A program made the position numbers and the translations under genes. The notes under the pieces were generated by a model. It worked only from the letters and a program-made list of their open reading frames with translations, made no database searches and was not told the DNA's origin. A DNA stretch of 48,644 nt. Origin: Escherichia coli (GTDB taxonomy: Bacteria > Pseudomonadota > Gammaproteobacteria > Enterobacterales > Enterobacteriaceae). Below, in pieces: positions 15,914 to 26,398 of the stretch (within the stretch, counting starts at the first letter, position 1; every line of letters starts with the position of its first letter). The stretch is from assembly GCF_016903815.1 (NCBI RefSeq), contig NZ_CP069971.1; one strand, 5' to 3'.

Positions 15914-18291
15914 TAAATAACCTCAGCCATTTGTTGGTCTGTTAATGCTTTATGCCATATTCTGAAATTCCTGATATGACCAAATAAATGACGTAAGCCT
16001 GCTGTAGTCTGGCCTCCAATACGGATGGTTGCAGAGTTCTGAATATAGGACCACGTAGTCTTTGTTTCGCTGGATATGCGCCCGTTACTTACTGAGCACG
16101 TAGACTGATCTGATTTTACACGCATCCCCATAACCATTTTTTCAAGCGATGCGTTTTCGTTTACCCGTCTGTTAGCTCCTCCAATATTGCAATAAGGAAA
16201 TCCGTCGTAATCTGTTGAACGACCGAAGCCAAGAATAATAGCCGCTCCGGTTTGATGACCGCCTGTATCAAAAACACGCGGCGCTGCATTTGGCGTTTTA
16301 TACCAGTTCTTATGTACCTCACAAAGAACCGTAAAAGGAAGATTATAAAGATTATTATTAATTGGAACTGTAACTATATCGCTTGCGCGGGTAGCCGCCG
16401 TCGTTCCTGAGATAATAAAAGATGATGCACACGAACCATCCTCAACCTGAGGGGTGGCCAGATAAATATAGTCTCCAGATACGGTTGCTCCGCCCTGCTT
16501 AGGAGAATACTGTATCTGAGATCCTATTTTTAACTCATCATCAATTGCCAGGATTGTTGCCTCTGCAAAAATCCATCCGGTAGCTTCGTCCTTTCTGACT
16601 CTCGCTGTAATCCTTGAGGCCGCGCCACCTGTCATATTAATTTCAAGCGTTTGTGTATCAATATATGCATCACCAAGAAAAGTTGTTGCACTACCGTCAT
16701 ATTTATCAAAGCGGATACGCAACCTTACCTGTCGTTCTGTTTTAAAACGACATGAGGTTGTCACGTACTTGTTATCGCCTGAAACATCAACTGACTTTGT
16801 AGCAGCAATTGATGCCATATTAATGGCTGACGTTTGCCCAATCAGAGAATCGTTACAGACAAACTTTCCATAGGTAAAACCAAAACTATCAGTCCCGGTT
16901 TCGGGAACATCCATATTTGACGATCGCCCCCAACTGGCAGGGTTTTCCGAATTGAGCATGTAGTTTGTTCGTTGTCCCTCAATAAGCAGGCCATCACGTT
17001 CAAATCGTGGCTCGTCAATGGCAGCCTCTGTAAGCACACCAGATTTATTAATATAGGTTGCTTTCGATGCGCGTTTAAACTTAACAACCTTGTCGCCAGG
17101 CATTGTTATTTCGTCGTCGCCAATAACAATCTTTTTATATGATGGCGAAAAGCCCGTAATCATATCCAGCGAATCGTTAAACGGTATCCACACATCAGGT
17201 AGCGGTTGAATAATCTTCCGGGCATCCTCCAGTGACAATGCTTCGATATCCGAGGCTGTTAAAGTAATATCTGACGAACCGTCAAATGAAACGTTGTTAA
17301 TCTTCCGTGCGGTTTTTAATTTCGTTGCGGTGTCGGCGTTCCCCGTCAGTGCGCCGTTGAGTCCGCCGTTGAAAGTCTGGCGTTCACTCCATGTGTTAGC
17401 CGTGCTCAACAGGGGGATCTTTTCACCGCTTGTGCCGAGTTCTCTTAAACCAAGGTACTGGATAACAGCAAGGACACTTGTTTTAGCCAGAATATTACGG
17501 CCGACTGACGTTAAATCAGCCAGGGCTACTGTGTCTTTACCGGTAAAGTACGGCAATTTATTTGCAGCCGTCGCAAGTCCTGCCAGAGCGGTGAGCGTAT
17601 CATCTGCTGGTTGTTTTTGCTTTGCTAGGTCAAACACTTCTTTGACGGCTTTTGGCGTTGCTGCGCGCGTTTCAGAGGTACTGTTAGTGTCACTACTGAG
17701 TTGAACAATGCCTTTTGAGGTTAAAGTTGCATCAGGATGATTACGTGATTGCTCATGTTTTACAATGGCTTGCTTAAGTCGCTTTGCTGAAACAGCTAGG
17801 GAATCATCTGTACCTGCATCAATTTCTTGTTCATTAGCAAATCTTGCTACTCCAACAACAGTTTCGGTTGCGGGAGGGTTAATAAACTCAACATCACCAA
17901 ATGTAATGTTTTTAGTATCAAGATTTTTAATTGCTATATCACTTGATATTAAAGCAATTGTAGAAGATGCTTTATTTATTATTACTTGTTCTTGCGAGTA
18001 TACAGCAAACAATGTTCCTTTATTTGTATACAAACCTATTGTATGGACAACATACTCATCTTTACTATCATCCTTCGCAGTTACATGAATGGTATCAGGA
18101 GAAACGACTTTGCCTCCTATTGTGGTAAGTCGCTTTATTTCATCTGTTATTTTTGTTTGTGTGGTTGATGTGACATAATATCTACTACCTAAACCAACAG
18201 AAACGATCTCAACTTTATTTGTTCCAGTCTTGTTGGCATTAACCAGCTCCTGACGCCCGGCGTCAGTCATCGTAAATAATAATTTACTCAC
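15913..18291 (-). CDS. tail fibre protein (long)
   Basis: 792 aa; [28 protein letters not shown] motif; directly downstream of the baseplate genes. Confidence 0.75.
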   Translation of the reverse strand: MSKLLFTMTDAGRQELVNANKTGTNKVEIVSVGLGSRYYVTSTTQTKITDEIKRLTTIGGKVVSPDTIHVTAKDDSKDEYVVHTIGLYTNKGTLFAVYSQEQVIINKASSTIALISSDIAIKNLDTKNITFGDVEFINPPATETVVGVARFANEQEIDAGTDDSLAVSAKRLKQAIVKHEQSRNHPDATLTSKGIVQLSSDTNSTSETRAATPKAVKEVFDLAKQKQPADDTLTALAGLATAANKLPYFTGKDTVALADLTSVGRNILAKTSVLAVIQYLGLRELGTSGEKIPLLSTANTWSERQTFNGGLNGALTGNADTATKLKTARKINNVSFDGSSDITLTASDIEALSLEDARKIIQPLPDVWIPFNDSLDMITGFSPSYKKIVIGDDEITMPGDKVVKFKRASKATYINKSGVLTEAAIDEPRFERDGLLIEGQRTNYMLNSENPASWGRSSNMDVPETGTDSFGFTYGKFVCNDSLIGQTSAINMASIAATKSVDVSGDNKYVTTSCRFKTERQVRLRIRFDKYDGSATTFLGDAYIDTQTLEINMTGGAASRITARVRKDEATGWIFAEATILAIDDELKIGSQIQYSPKQGGATVSGDYIYLATPQVEDGSCASSFIISGTTAATRASDIVTVPINNNLYNLPFTVLCEVHKNWYKTPNAAPRVFDTGGHQTGAAIILGFGRSTDYDGFPYCNIGGANRRVNENASLEKMVMGMRVKSDQSTCSVSNGRISSETKTTWSYIQNSATIRIGGQTTAGLRHLFGHIRNFRIWHKALTDQQMAEVI

Positions 18292-18321
18292 GCTTAATTC
18301 CTTGGATTAACAAATCGCAAA

Positions 18322-18903
18322 TTAGCACTCACCAATTAATCGTACATAAGACACAGGCTGGAAAGCACCGACAATACCAACACCACCTGAAACATTGGTT
18401 GCTTGCGAAAATGTAAATAGTGTTCTTGCCGACTTTGCACTCTTGATACTTCTTAACGTATCCTCCAACATCTCTTTCGAAGGAACAGCACCATCAAAAG
18501 AGTTAATCGAAGCAACAATTGAGGCTGTATATGGTTCGCCAGGTGGTGATGTTTCAAACCATTCTGTTATGTTTACCTCTCCACCCAAGCTATTTACTAC
18601 ATCTTCAACCGCTGCCCTTGTACCCTTTATTCGCTTTGTTCGTATTATTGATTTAAAAACAGAACGCTTTAACGATACAGGCCAACTATCCCTCCATGTA
18701 TCAGCATTCCATTGCCAAGCTAAATGATCGAGAACAACTGAGTCCAGGTTATCAACAACGCTATATATTTCTGTCTTATATATTAAATTGTTAATTGCTT
18801 GTAGTTCATCATCAATAGCTTTCGACATAGCTATCACGTTGGGATCTCTAGCTAAGTTAGGAGGTAAAACATCCAACAAGCTAACATTAAAGATATCAGC
18901 CAT
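18322..18903 (-). CDS. baseplate protein, P2 gpI-like
   Basis: ...LAWQWNADTWRDSWPVSLKRSVF...NITEWFETSPPGEPYTASIV... parallels P2 gpI. Confidence 0.7.
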   Translation of the reverse strand: MADIFNVSLLDVLPPNLARDPNVIAMSKAIDDELQAINNLIYKTEIYSVVDNLDSVVLDHLAWQWNADTWRDSWPVSLKRSVFKSIIRTKRIKGTRAAVEDVVNSLGGEVNITEWFETSPPGEPYTASIVASINSFDGAVPSKEMLEDTLRSIKSAKSARTLFTFSQATNVSGGVGIVGAFQPVSYVRLIGEC

Positions 18904-20020
18904 CCTCTACCCCCGCATACTGGCAATTTATATTTCTCTCTCTGGCGACCTGCGTCTCTCCAACTACAGTAAATACAGGACTTGATATTTCTAATCTTTT
19001 AGCCCCAGCATTTTTTAAACGTTGAATAATTTCATCTGGATTTATATCTCTTCCCATAACCGAACGTTGCCATTGTTTATACTCATCAAGAGCTTTCTCA
19101 ACCTCACTTTGAATTAACGTTGTTCTGTTTTTGTCCGATGAGTTAATCCAGTATTTAATTATTATATCGTATTCAATGCTATCTGGTTTCTTAACAAGAA
19201 CTTTATCTGTGAATGGTCGAATATTAGTTGCAGAGAGAACGCTATTTATCTGCTCTAATAGTTCATCAGAAGGTATATCTCCGTTCTCTAACAAAGAACG
19301 GATTTCTACAGTTCCGGGCGATGGTGTATATACATTCACATCTTTTATATTCTGATTGGCTGTTCTTGTCCAATATTTATAAGAATCCTCCGGCCCTGCT
19401 GTAGACAGTTTTTCCGGCGACAGTTTTATTCTTTCAGCATAATTATCATCTGACTCTGTATCAGCACCAGAATTAGATGTTGTTAGATTCCTTACGCTGG
19501 AAACATACGGCAACGGAGTCACCAACTCGTTTATTTGCCCAGGTAAAAAGCCATTCCCCGATAAGCCAGGTATAACAGCATATCCTGAGACTGTACCAAC
19601 TGTTTTCCCAGCTGGTATTTCCAACAAAACATCTGTTTGGAAAATAACACTATTTCCAGTTGAAATTTGAGTGCCAGCAGGTATTGTATATATCCCCGAT
19701 AATTTTGTTGACAGATTAAACTCAAATGTAGTCAAGGCAGATTGAGCTTCCAGCCTGGGCGTATCCGTCAGATAGCCTATATGGTCGAGATATTCACCCC
19801 CACCATATGTAAGAAGGTTTTGTTTTGCAGAAAAATCGATAGCTTTTCTTTGCTGTATAATAATCTCACACAATGACAAGATGAATAATCTACGTGGATC
19901 AGCAGGTGCTAATGTTTCACCTGTTATACTCTCAAAAGCCCTGATTGAACGAGTTGTTATATCAGTCGGGTTAGAATCTGCGAAAGTAATATCTGGCAAA
20001 CCACCGCGCGGCAACGTCAT
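18896..20020 (-). CDS. baseplate assembly protein J-like
   Basis: 374 aa; position and size match between the gp25/W-like and gpI-like genes. Confidence 0.7.
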   Translation of the reverse strand: MTLPRGGLPDITFADSNPTDITTRSIRAFESITGETLAPADPRRLFILSLCEIIIQQRKAIDFSAKQNLLTYGGGEYLDHIGYLTDTPRLEAQSALTTFEFNLSTKLSGIYTIPAGTQISTGNSVIFQTDVLLEIPAGKTVGTVSGYAVIPGLSGNGFLPGQINELVTPLPYVSSVRNLTTSNSGADTESDDNYAERIKLSPEKLSTAGPEDSYKYWTRTANQNIKDVNVYTPSPGTVEIRSLLENGDIPSDELLEQINSVLSATNIRPFTDKVLVKKPDSIEYDIIIKYWINSSDKNRTTLIQSEVEKALDEYKQWQRSVMGRDINPDEIIQRLKNAGAKRLEISSPVFTVVGETQVARERNINCQYAGVEDG

Positions 20021-20337
20021 TCTCTAACTCCTATCACAAGTTTTGGCCTAATAAAACCATCAGAAACGTCCGTTCTTTCAAAAGTAACAGAATGGATAAT
20101 CGCTCTAGGCTCAAACTCACTAATTTTTTGAATTATTTCTCGTGTTGCTGTAGCAATAAAAATTGGGCTGGGGCTATCAACAAGACTTGAATTAACTCCT
20201 AATTTTCTGGCATATGGTACAGTGCCAATCTGAGTATTAATAATAGTAGAGACATTTTGCAAAACTTCTTCTACAACTGTTTTTGGCGACCAATCAATCG
20301 AGTAAGAAGGTGATGATATGGTAAACGTATTATTCAT
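20017..20337 (-). CDS. baseplate wedge protein (gp25/gpW-like)
   Basis: 106 aa; ...YARKLGVNSSLVDSPSP...ISEFEPRAII... Confidence 0.65.
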   Translation of the reverse strand: MNNTFTISSPSYSIDWSPKTVVEEVLQNVSTIINTQIGTVPYARKLGVNSSLVDSPSPIFIATATREIIQKISEFEPRAIIHSVTFERTDVSDGFIRPKLVIGVRE

Positions 20338-20801
20338 AATAATTTACCTAACGCACTTCTGGTTTTTGACTCTATATTGCCAGCAATATCAACTAATGCT
20401 TCTTTCAGAGAGGTCTGTCCGACTTCCTGTAATTTAATGCCGACGATAATCACTCGTGGATTCCCAGTTGGACCGAAATAAGTCCATGATTCCTCTATAT
20501 CTGTAATTATAAAATTACCAAAATACTGAATACCAATTACAACAGGATTTACTTCCTGAATTGATTGCATTGTCCTAAGTAATGAAAGCGCAGCCAATGG
20601 AACAATGCCAAGTGTTGTATCCAACCGCATATTAAAACTAACTTCATCCAGATCTGGACCTATATCCTCCAGAACAGGTTTAAGCCCAATAACATCATGG
20701 CGCGCTACACGACGCTTTGACGTCCTTTTAAAATTGTTGAACGTATTCACCACTATTGATGAGGCAACAAAAGGCATTGTACCAAGCATACCCACAATCA
20801 T
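20334..20801 (-). CDS. baseplate-associated protein (Mu gp46-like position)
   Basis: 155 aa between the spike and gp25-like genes. Confidence 0.45.
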   Translation of the reverse strand: MIVGMLGTMPFVASSIVVNTFNNFKRTSKRRVARHDVIGLKPVLEDIGPDLDEVSFNMRLDTTLGIVPLAALSLLRTMQSIQEVNPVVIGIQYFGNFIITDIEESWTYFGPTGNPRVIIVGIKLQEVGQTSLKEALVDIAGNIESKTRSALGKLL

Positions 20802-21418
20802 GCCTGAGCCTCCGTTGTCGGAGCGTATTCCCCCTGAGCTGTGTGATGGTGGCCTTTAGATTTAATCCCATCAACATCTATATCACCACCAACAACCTTA
20901 ACATCCCCAGAAATTGTAGCTGCAACACCTCCAGCAGAAGATCCTTTCATTCCACCTTTGAAGGTTAGTAATCCTTCAACTGTAGCATTTCCGGTAATGA
21001 TGGTTTCTGGAGCATCAATAGTTACGGTTCCTGTAGCCTTAACGGTTACATCTCCGACAGCATCAACAAGGAGTAAATTAGATTCTCTGTCTACCTCAAT
21101 ACGAGTTCCGTTATTAAATCTAATGACGCGTTTATTAACAGTATTAGATGGCGGCTTCTGTGTTTCATCATAAAAACTACCAAGAATAAAACCTTGTTGC
21201 GGCCCTGCGGGATGAAAGATACACAAAACTTGCTCACCAATATCTGGCATCCAGTAATCAGCATTCTTATCCGTATTTTTCACAATAACTGATAACTTTG
21301 CCGAAGTGACGTTATCCTGATCATCGAAAGTAACTCTTGCTGTAACATCACCATCATCAATATCAGAAACAACGCCAACTCTTATAGTCTGACGTAATAA
21401 TGTTTCTAAATCATTCAT
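20798..21418 (-). CDS. baseplate spike/hub protein (gpV-like)
   Basis: 206 aa; ...KLSVIVKNTDKNADYWMPDIGEQVLCIF... Confidence 0.7.
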   Translation of the reverse strand: MNDLETLLRQTIRVGVVSDIDDGDVTARVTFDDQDNVTSAKLSVIVKNTDKNADYWMPDIGEQVLCIFHPAGPQQGFILGSFYDETQKPPSNTVNKRVIRFNNGTRIEVDRESNLLLVDAVGDVTVKATGTVTIDAPETIITGNATVEGLLTFKGGMKGSSAGGVAATISGDVKVVGGDIDVDGIKSKGHHHTAQGEYAPTTEAQA

Positions 21419-21420
21419 AA

Positions 21421-22422
21421 TTAATACCCATTAATTACTCTTCGGACATCAATCGAGGTGGTATAACCACTAGCCCCAATTGAATGCACAGCTTTCGATA
21501 TAAGATATTTTCCAGAAAATGAACCGAATCTGTCCAGATTTATAGTTACACCAGCTACCAATCTGGTGTCTCCAACCAATACTAAAGATCCTGTATTTTG
21601 ATATCTATTTTTAAGCCGCAAAGCAGCCTTTGCCTTACGTTTTGCTTCATCTAAATTAGCTACCAGTTTTCTTATCTTAAGATTCGACCCTTCTTCTACG
21701 GATGGATCTACCCAAGTATACGAAAGCGACTTTCTTTTTTTAGGTACGCGATATTTGCACGTGCAACTTTTATACAAATCTGTAGATTGTGTGCTAAAGC
21801 TATATCTGATTATCTCATCAATACCTAACGTAAGCGTAGCGATAGGATCTTTTTGCTCAAACATCTCTTGAGCAAATATTATTAATTGGCTATCAGTGAC
21901 CTTTAACGACAACCCTTCATCCTGGCAAAGTCGATGGAGAAATTTTAAATCGCTTTCCTCCATTTGATCTTCACGCGCATAATATGGATTACTATCACCA
22001 TCAATAAGAAACAACAGTTCAAGGTTAGCTAATTTAGCTATAGAGGTTGCTATATCTTTAAGAGTTGTTTTTTCCCATGCATTACTTTTTAAATCACGTC
22101 TAATGCCTGATGAAACAGGAACAGAAACAGCAGTCACCTCAACAACAGAAGGTGGTCCAGAGCAAGTTATGCCATCTACCTGGAATTTCCCGCACTCAAG
22201 GACGATTTGATTTATAGGCTTAAAGCTCAAATCAATAAAATCACCCTTTTTAGGTGTCCAGTCTCCAGACCATTTCCCATCATCATTTTTTAATATAATA
22301 GAAATATCATCGACCTGACCATCTTCATTATCTGTATAAGACATTGACAAAACATCAGGTGACATATGAGCGGTAATATTTACATTCTGATATATAACAT
22401 CAAAAAGCGTTTTACGTAACAC
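21421..22422 (-). CDS. tail protein D-like (late control gpD family, baseplate hub)
   Basis: 333 aa; C-terminal ...SKAVHSIGASGYTTSIDVRR. Confidence 0.7.
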   Translation of the reverse strand: MLRKTLFDVIYQNVNITAHMSPDVLSMSYTDNEDGQVDDISIILKNDDGKWSGDWTPKKGDFIDLSFKPINQIVLECGKFQVDGITCSGPPSVVEVTAVSVPVSSGIRRDLKSNAWEKTTLKDIATSIAKLANLELLFLIDGDSNPYYAREDQMEESDLKFLHRLCQDEGLSLKVTDSQLIIFAQEMFEQKDPIATLTLGIDEIIRYSFSTQSTDLYKSCTCKYRVPKKRKSLSYTWVDPSVEEGSNLKIRKLVANLDEAKRKAKAALRLKNRYQNTGSLVLVGDTRLVAGVTINLDRFGSFSGKYLISKAVHSIGASGYTTSIDVRRVINGY

Positions 22423-22630
22423 TATTGCGTCTCCAAGGAGGCAAATTGTTTACTGATATTGGCATAACCGGAGCATCAGGAACTTTAAGAATAATTCCCG
22501 CAGAAAAAAGCACCGTAAAGCGGTGCTCAGTATTAGCATCAATAAGAAGATAAGACAGGTACTCATTACCATACAACTTTAACGCGATACTATCCCATGA
22601 GTCCCCTTGAACCGTTCTATAATCATCCAA
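22412..22630 (-). CDS. tail protein X-like (LysM-like)
   Basis: 72 aa; MDDYRTVQGDSWDSIALKLYGNE... Confidence 0.7.
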   Translation of the reverse strand: MDDYRTVQGDSWDSIALKLYGNEYLSYLLIDANTEHRFTVLFSAGIILKVPDAPVMPISVNNLPPWRRNSVT

Positions 22631-25415
22631 AACTTAATCTCCGTTGTTGGAACATATGAGCACTCAATTTCTTCTCAAAATCAGAATATCCCGCATCTAA
22701 TGCTCTTTTAGCTGCCGCCTCAGTTTCCTTTGGTGAACCAGCCGGAAGATTGATTACAGGTGAATAGGTTATTCCACCAGTCACAGCATTAACGTTCTGG
22801 CGAGGTCCAGAAGTCCCGGCGGCAGATATCCCGTGAGGTGATAAATTTGATTGCCCGAACTTGGTTGCTATTGCATTCTGTAAGCTGTTATTCCTGCTAA
22901 CGCCTGATGCCAGAGTAGTCATTATTGCACCACCTGACTTTGTTAGCTGTGAGAATGGACCTTTTTTCGCGTCAGAGAACGGTAAATACTCACGTACAGA
23001 AGAAAAAACGCCTTTCACTTCATTAATTAAAGCATTTGCTTTTGATTTTATCCCAGTGATTAACGTCTCAATTATTTTTGCGCCTGACTCACTCCAGTTT
23101 ATTCCAGACAAATAAGCCGTTACAGATTGGAATGCTCTTATAAAGAGTCCAACTGGTGAAAAACGCATAAAAACAGATACCAGTGTATCTATGATTTTCT
23201 TTCCTGTTTCGCTCCAGTTAATACCAGAAAGGTAATTTATTGTAAGTTTAAATGCTTTAATTAAGAACGGAAGCGGAGACATCCATTTAAAAGCACTAAT
23301 TAATGTACTGTAAATTCTTACTCCTGCCGAACTCCAGTTTATGTTGGAAAGATAATCCCATGCTTTACCAAACATAGATATAATCCATCCATTGAGATCA
23401 AAGTTTAAGATAAAGTTTTTTATAGCTTCAAACGATTTAACTGTATATTCCTTAACAGAAGGCCAAACTCTGACAGCATAATCTCTGATCTTATCCCAGT
23501 TCTGATAGAGCAATATTCCTGCGGCAACCAGCGCAGATATAGCCATCTGAATCCACCCGAAGGGTGTTAGCTTTGTCGCTACAGATAAAGCCAGCATAGC
23601 TACCCTACACGCTATAACCACACTTTTCATGGTTAGAAACGCACCTGCCGCCATCACAATCTGAGACACAAAATTGGGGTTGTTAGCTACAAATTCACTA
23701 ATTTTTGTAATCAGCGGAACCAAAACACTAAGCGCGGCATTCAAAGCAGGTTGCAAGGCCTGACCAAAACTTAATGATGCATTGCTAGCCTGAATACGTA
23801 ATTGTTTCAATCGCTCCGCATTGTCTTTCGTTATGTTGGCAAAATCGCGGTCAATAACAGCACTTCCAGCACCAAGAGATGTTGCTTTGATTCTCTGGTA
23901 TTCCTTCCAGTTTTGAATCATCGGACGAACAAAGTTCTGAACCTGCATATCGCCAAATAGCTCACCAAGTAACTTCTGATCTCCGTTCTTAGTCATTTTC
24001 ATGACAGAATGCATTGCAGCTTCGAATGGATTCTTCCCTTTTTTCTGCGCTGTTGTGACAATTTTATATAAATCTACACCGAAATTTTTCTTTGCTTTTT
24101 TTAGTGTTTCAGGGGAAAGTATTTTCGCCAAAAAGTTGTTCATATTATTAGCAGCCTCATCCGAAGTTGCAGCACCTTTGCGAGCTATCTGCAAAGCTGC
24201 CCCCATCGTCGCGGCGGCTTCTTTACCTCCCATTTTTAATGCCTGGAACTGGGCACCAAGCACAGGAAGATTTTTGGCCATATCTTTAAATTCAAAGTTT
24301 CCCTCTTTCCCTGCCTGAACCAGAATCCCCATTGCAGACTTCATTTGAGATGGATCAATCTTCAATGAGTCACTTAATGTAAATGATGCTTTCGAGACAT
24401 CGAGGATATCAGAGCCAGTAGCTGTAGCTGTTCGCCCAATAGTTAGTAGATTCGCCTGAGCCTCTTTATAATCCTGCCCAGCAGCGACGAGAAAACCCTG
24501 AGCAGCCTGAATATCAGATGCAAACTGGTTGGTAGCCGTTCCGGTAACAAGCATCGCCTGCCCCATCGCCTGAACTTCTTCCGGCTTCATATCTGCCGTA
24601 AGACCAATCATTTTGTTTTCACGATTGAAATTTGCTGCATTGTTAGCAGCAGCAAATGCACCAGCCGCTACAGCACCAGTTTGTAATCCTGACCTTACAA
24701 GTTGACTCTTTGCCTCACCAAGATGCTCTCGCTTCAATTCACGCTGCCTTTCCAACGCGCGGTTTAACTCCTCCTGAGCACGTTTTACTGCAAGAACATT
24801 TTTCCGTGCTTCAGCCAACGCATTTTTATAGCTGTTAATTTTATCAATACGTTGTTTTTCTAATGCCCGGTTAAGTTCCTCCTGCTGTTTTTTCACTTGC
24901 TGAACATTTGCTCTGGCTAAAGCCAAAGCCGTTCTGTAGCGGTTAACCTGCTCAACGCTACGGACCTGAGCCTCACGATTACGATCAATGCTGGCTTTAA
25001 GCTCTTTCTCTCTTGAGGCCAAAGCTCTGGCAGATGTATCAGCTCCCTGATAGGCAGACTTTAAAGCGGCCAGTTCTTCACGCTGAGAACGTAGTGATGC
25101 TCGTAAATTCGATGAATGTGTTTTTGCCTTCTCAAAGTCACGAAGCATCGCTCTGGTTGGATTGGCCGTGTTTTTTATTTGCTTCTGTAACTCTTCAACG
25201 CGAGCGGCAGCTTTATGATATTCGAGGGCAGTCTGTCCAACCTTTACTTTTACAGATTGTAGCTTTTGAATTTCCCCATGTTCTTTCGTTAATCCAGCAA
25301 GCTCGGCATTTAATTTAGCAACAGCCTGATTAGCTGTAGTAAAACTTTTGGGGAGAGAGGCGGCAACTTTGCCGCCAATTTCAAAAGCCAGCTTAAAGTT
25401 CTTATTGCTGGCCAT
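22623..25415 (-). CDS. tail tape measure protein
   Basis: 930 aa; coiled-coil N-terminal half, hydrophobic middle segments. Confidence 0.85.
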   Translation of the reverse strand: MASNKNFKLAFEIGGKVAASLPKSFTTANQAVAKLNAELAGLTKEHGEIQKLQSVKVKVGQTALEYHKAAARVEELQKQIKNTANPTRAMLRDFEKAKTHSSNLRASLRSQREELAALKSAYQGADTSARALASREKELKASIDRNREAQVRSVEQVNRYRTALALARANVQQVKKQQEELNRALEKQRIDKINSYKNALAEARKNVLAVKRAQEELNRALERQRELKREHLGEAKSQLVRSGLQTGAVAAGAFAAANNAANFNRENKMIGLTADMKPEEVQAMGQAMLVTGTATNQFASDIQAAQGFLVAAGQDYKEAQANLLTIGRTATATGSDILDVSKASFTLSDSLKIDPSQMKSAMGILVQAGKEGNFEFKDMAKNLPVLGAQFQALKMGGKEAAATMGAALQIARKGAATSDEAANNMNNFLAKILSPETLKKAKKNFGVDLYKIVTTAQKKGKNPFEAAMHSVMKMTKNGDQKLLGELFGDMQVQNFVRPMIQNWKEYQRIKATSLGAGSAVIDRDFANITKDNAERLKQLRIQASNASLSFGQALQPALNAALSVLVPLITKISEFVANNPNFVSQIVMAAGAFLTMKSVVIACRVAMLALSVATKLTPFGWIQMAISALVAAGILLYQNWDKIRDYAVRVWPSVKEYTVKSFEAIKNFILNFDLNGWIISMFGKAWDYLSNINWSSAGVRIYSTLISAFKWMSPLPFLIKAFKLTINYLSGINWSETGKKIIDTLVSVFMRFSPVGLFIRAFQSVTAYLSGINWSESGAKIIETLITGIKSKANALINEVKGVFSSVREYLPFSDAKKGPFSQLTKSGGAIMTTLASGVSRNNSLQNAIATKFGQSNLSPHGISAAGTSGPRQNVNAVTGGITYSPVINLPAGSPKETEAAAKRALDAGYSDFEKKLSAHMFQQRRLSFG

Positions 25416-25420
25416 TAGTA

Positions 25421-25603
25421 TTAATCCTCATTAAACACATCAATCCATGCGACGATTCGCCTCAACCGAAGCGAAAGCCAGTAGGATATAGGTGTTGATT
25501 GAGATGATTGAGATAGAGAACTCGCGGCCCTCATTATTTGCTTATCAATAGGTTTTTGCTCATCAAAACCTACGAGAGCAAAAAATTCTGTACCTTTTGA
25601 CAA
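25421..25603 (-). CDS. frameshift extension of the tail assembly chaperone (E+E'-like product via -1 shift)
   Basis: Overlapping ORF in the -1 frame; the slippery site TTTTTTG (minus strand, plus-strand A6 at 25580-25585) links the two frames. Confidence 0.55.
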   Translation of the reverse strand: MSKGTEFFALVGFDEQKPIDKQIMRAASSLSQSSQSTPISYWLSLRLRRIVAWIDVFNED

Positions 25604-25851
25604 ACTTTAACAAAGTCTTTCGCTGGCAATCCATTCAGATACTCTATTGGACGGCCAATACAGCGAGCAGCCAAGGCTGCATGGACTTTATTATCAAGTG
25701 ATGTTTGAACTGAAACATGCCCTTGAGATTGCAGTAAGTCCGATACCTCTAAAATATCACTGCCTTTTAGGTTGTCTAAATCAAGGTTGAGTTCAGTCAC
25801 CGGCTCAAAGTCTTCAAAACGATATTCTTTACTTAATTTAACAGTTTCCAT
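25570..25851 (-). CDS. tail assembly chaperone (gpE-like)
   Basis: 93 aa, immediately upstream of the tape measure gene; ends in a T6 slippery run. Confidence 0.65.
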   Translation of the reverse strand: METVKLSKEYRFEDFEPVTELNLDLDNLKGSDILEVSDLLQSQGHVSVQTSLDNKVHAALAARCIGRPIEYLNGLPAKDFVKVCQKVQNFLLS

Positions 25852-25860
25852 TTTGTCACC

Positions 25861-26382
25861 TTATAAACCTAAATCATCACGAACGCTTTTTAATATATCT
25901 TCACCATCAAAGATACAAATAAAGTTCAACTTATCAATTTCCAGGACTTCTTTTCCATCAATAAATAATTTGATATAGAGAACTTCAAATTCATTCTCTG
26001 AATCAGTAGCCTTTGCCACCTGTAGCGAACCTAAATCCAGTTTCTTAGGGTTTAGCTTCATTGAAGCCCGAATAGGAACCGTTTTATATTTTCCTGTTCC
26101 TGCATCATAAACCTGCTGGCTACCGCGAAAATCTACCTGATGCGATGAGGATAGAAATAATTTTGTACCAGCAGAGGTAAGAGTTCGCCATTTAAGAGAG
26201 ACAGTCATTGGTTTGAAATGCCCCAGAGTTCCGCTCTCAAGCTCTCCAGCGATACCTGCACCACTAACAGTTTCTGTCATCATCTCAATTGATGGCAGCT
26301 TTGCGTCAGCAACACCGATAATACGGTTTCCCTCACCGTATACTGTAAAGTTAATAAGTCTCTCAGGAATTTGATTGCTCAA
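25861..26382 (-). CDS. tail tube protein
   Basis: 173 aa; downstream of the sheath gene. Confidence 0.75.
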   Translation of the reverse strand: MSNQIPERLINFTVYGEGNRIIGVADAKLPSIEMMTETVSGAGIAGELESGTLGHFKPMTVSLKWRTLTSAGTKLFLSSSHQVDFRGSQQVYDAGTGKYKTVPIRASMKLNPKKLDLGSLQVAKATDSENEFEVLYIKLFIDGKEVLEIDKLNFICIFDGEDILKSVRDDLGL

Positions 26383-26398
26383 AGCAACCTCCTATTAT

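Noticed and set aside
22861-25318. Several plus-strand ORFs (22861-23115, 24001-24318, 24656-24838, 25013-25318)
   Set aside because: They lie antisense inside the 930-aa tape measure gene, have low-complexity translations and no RBS; shadow ORFs.
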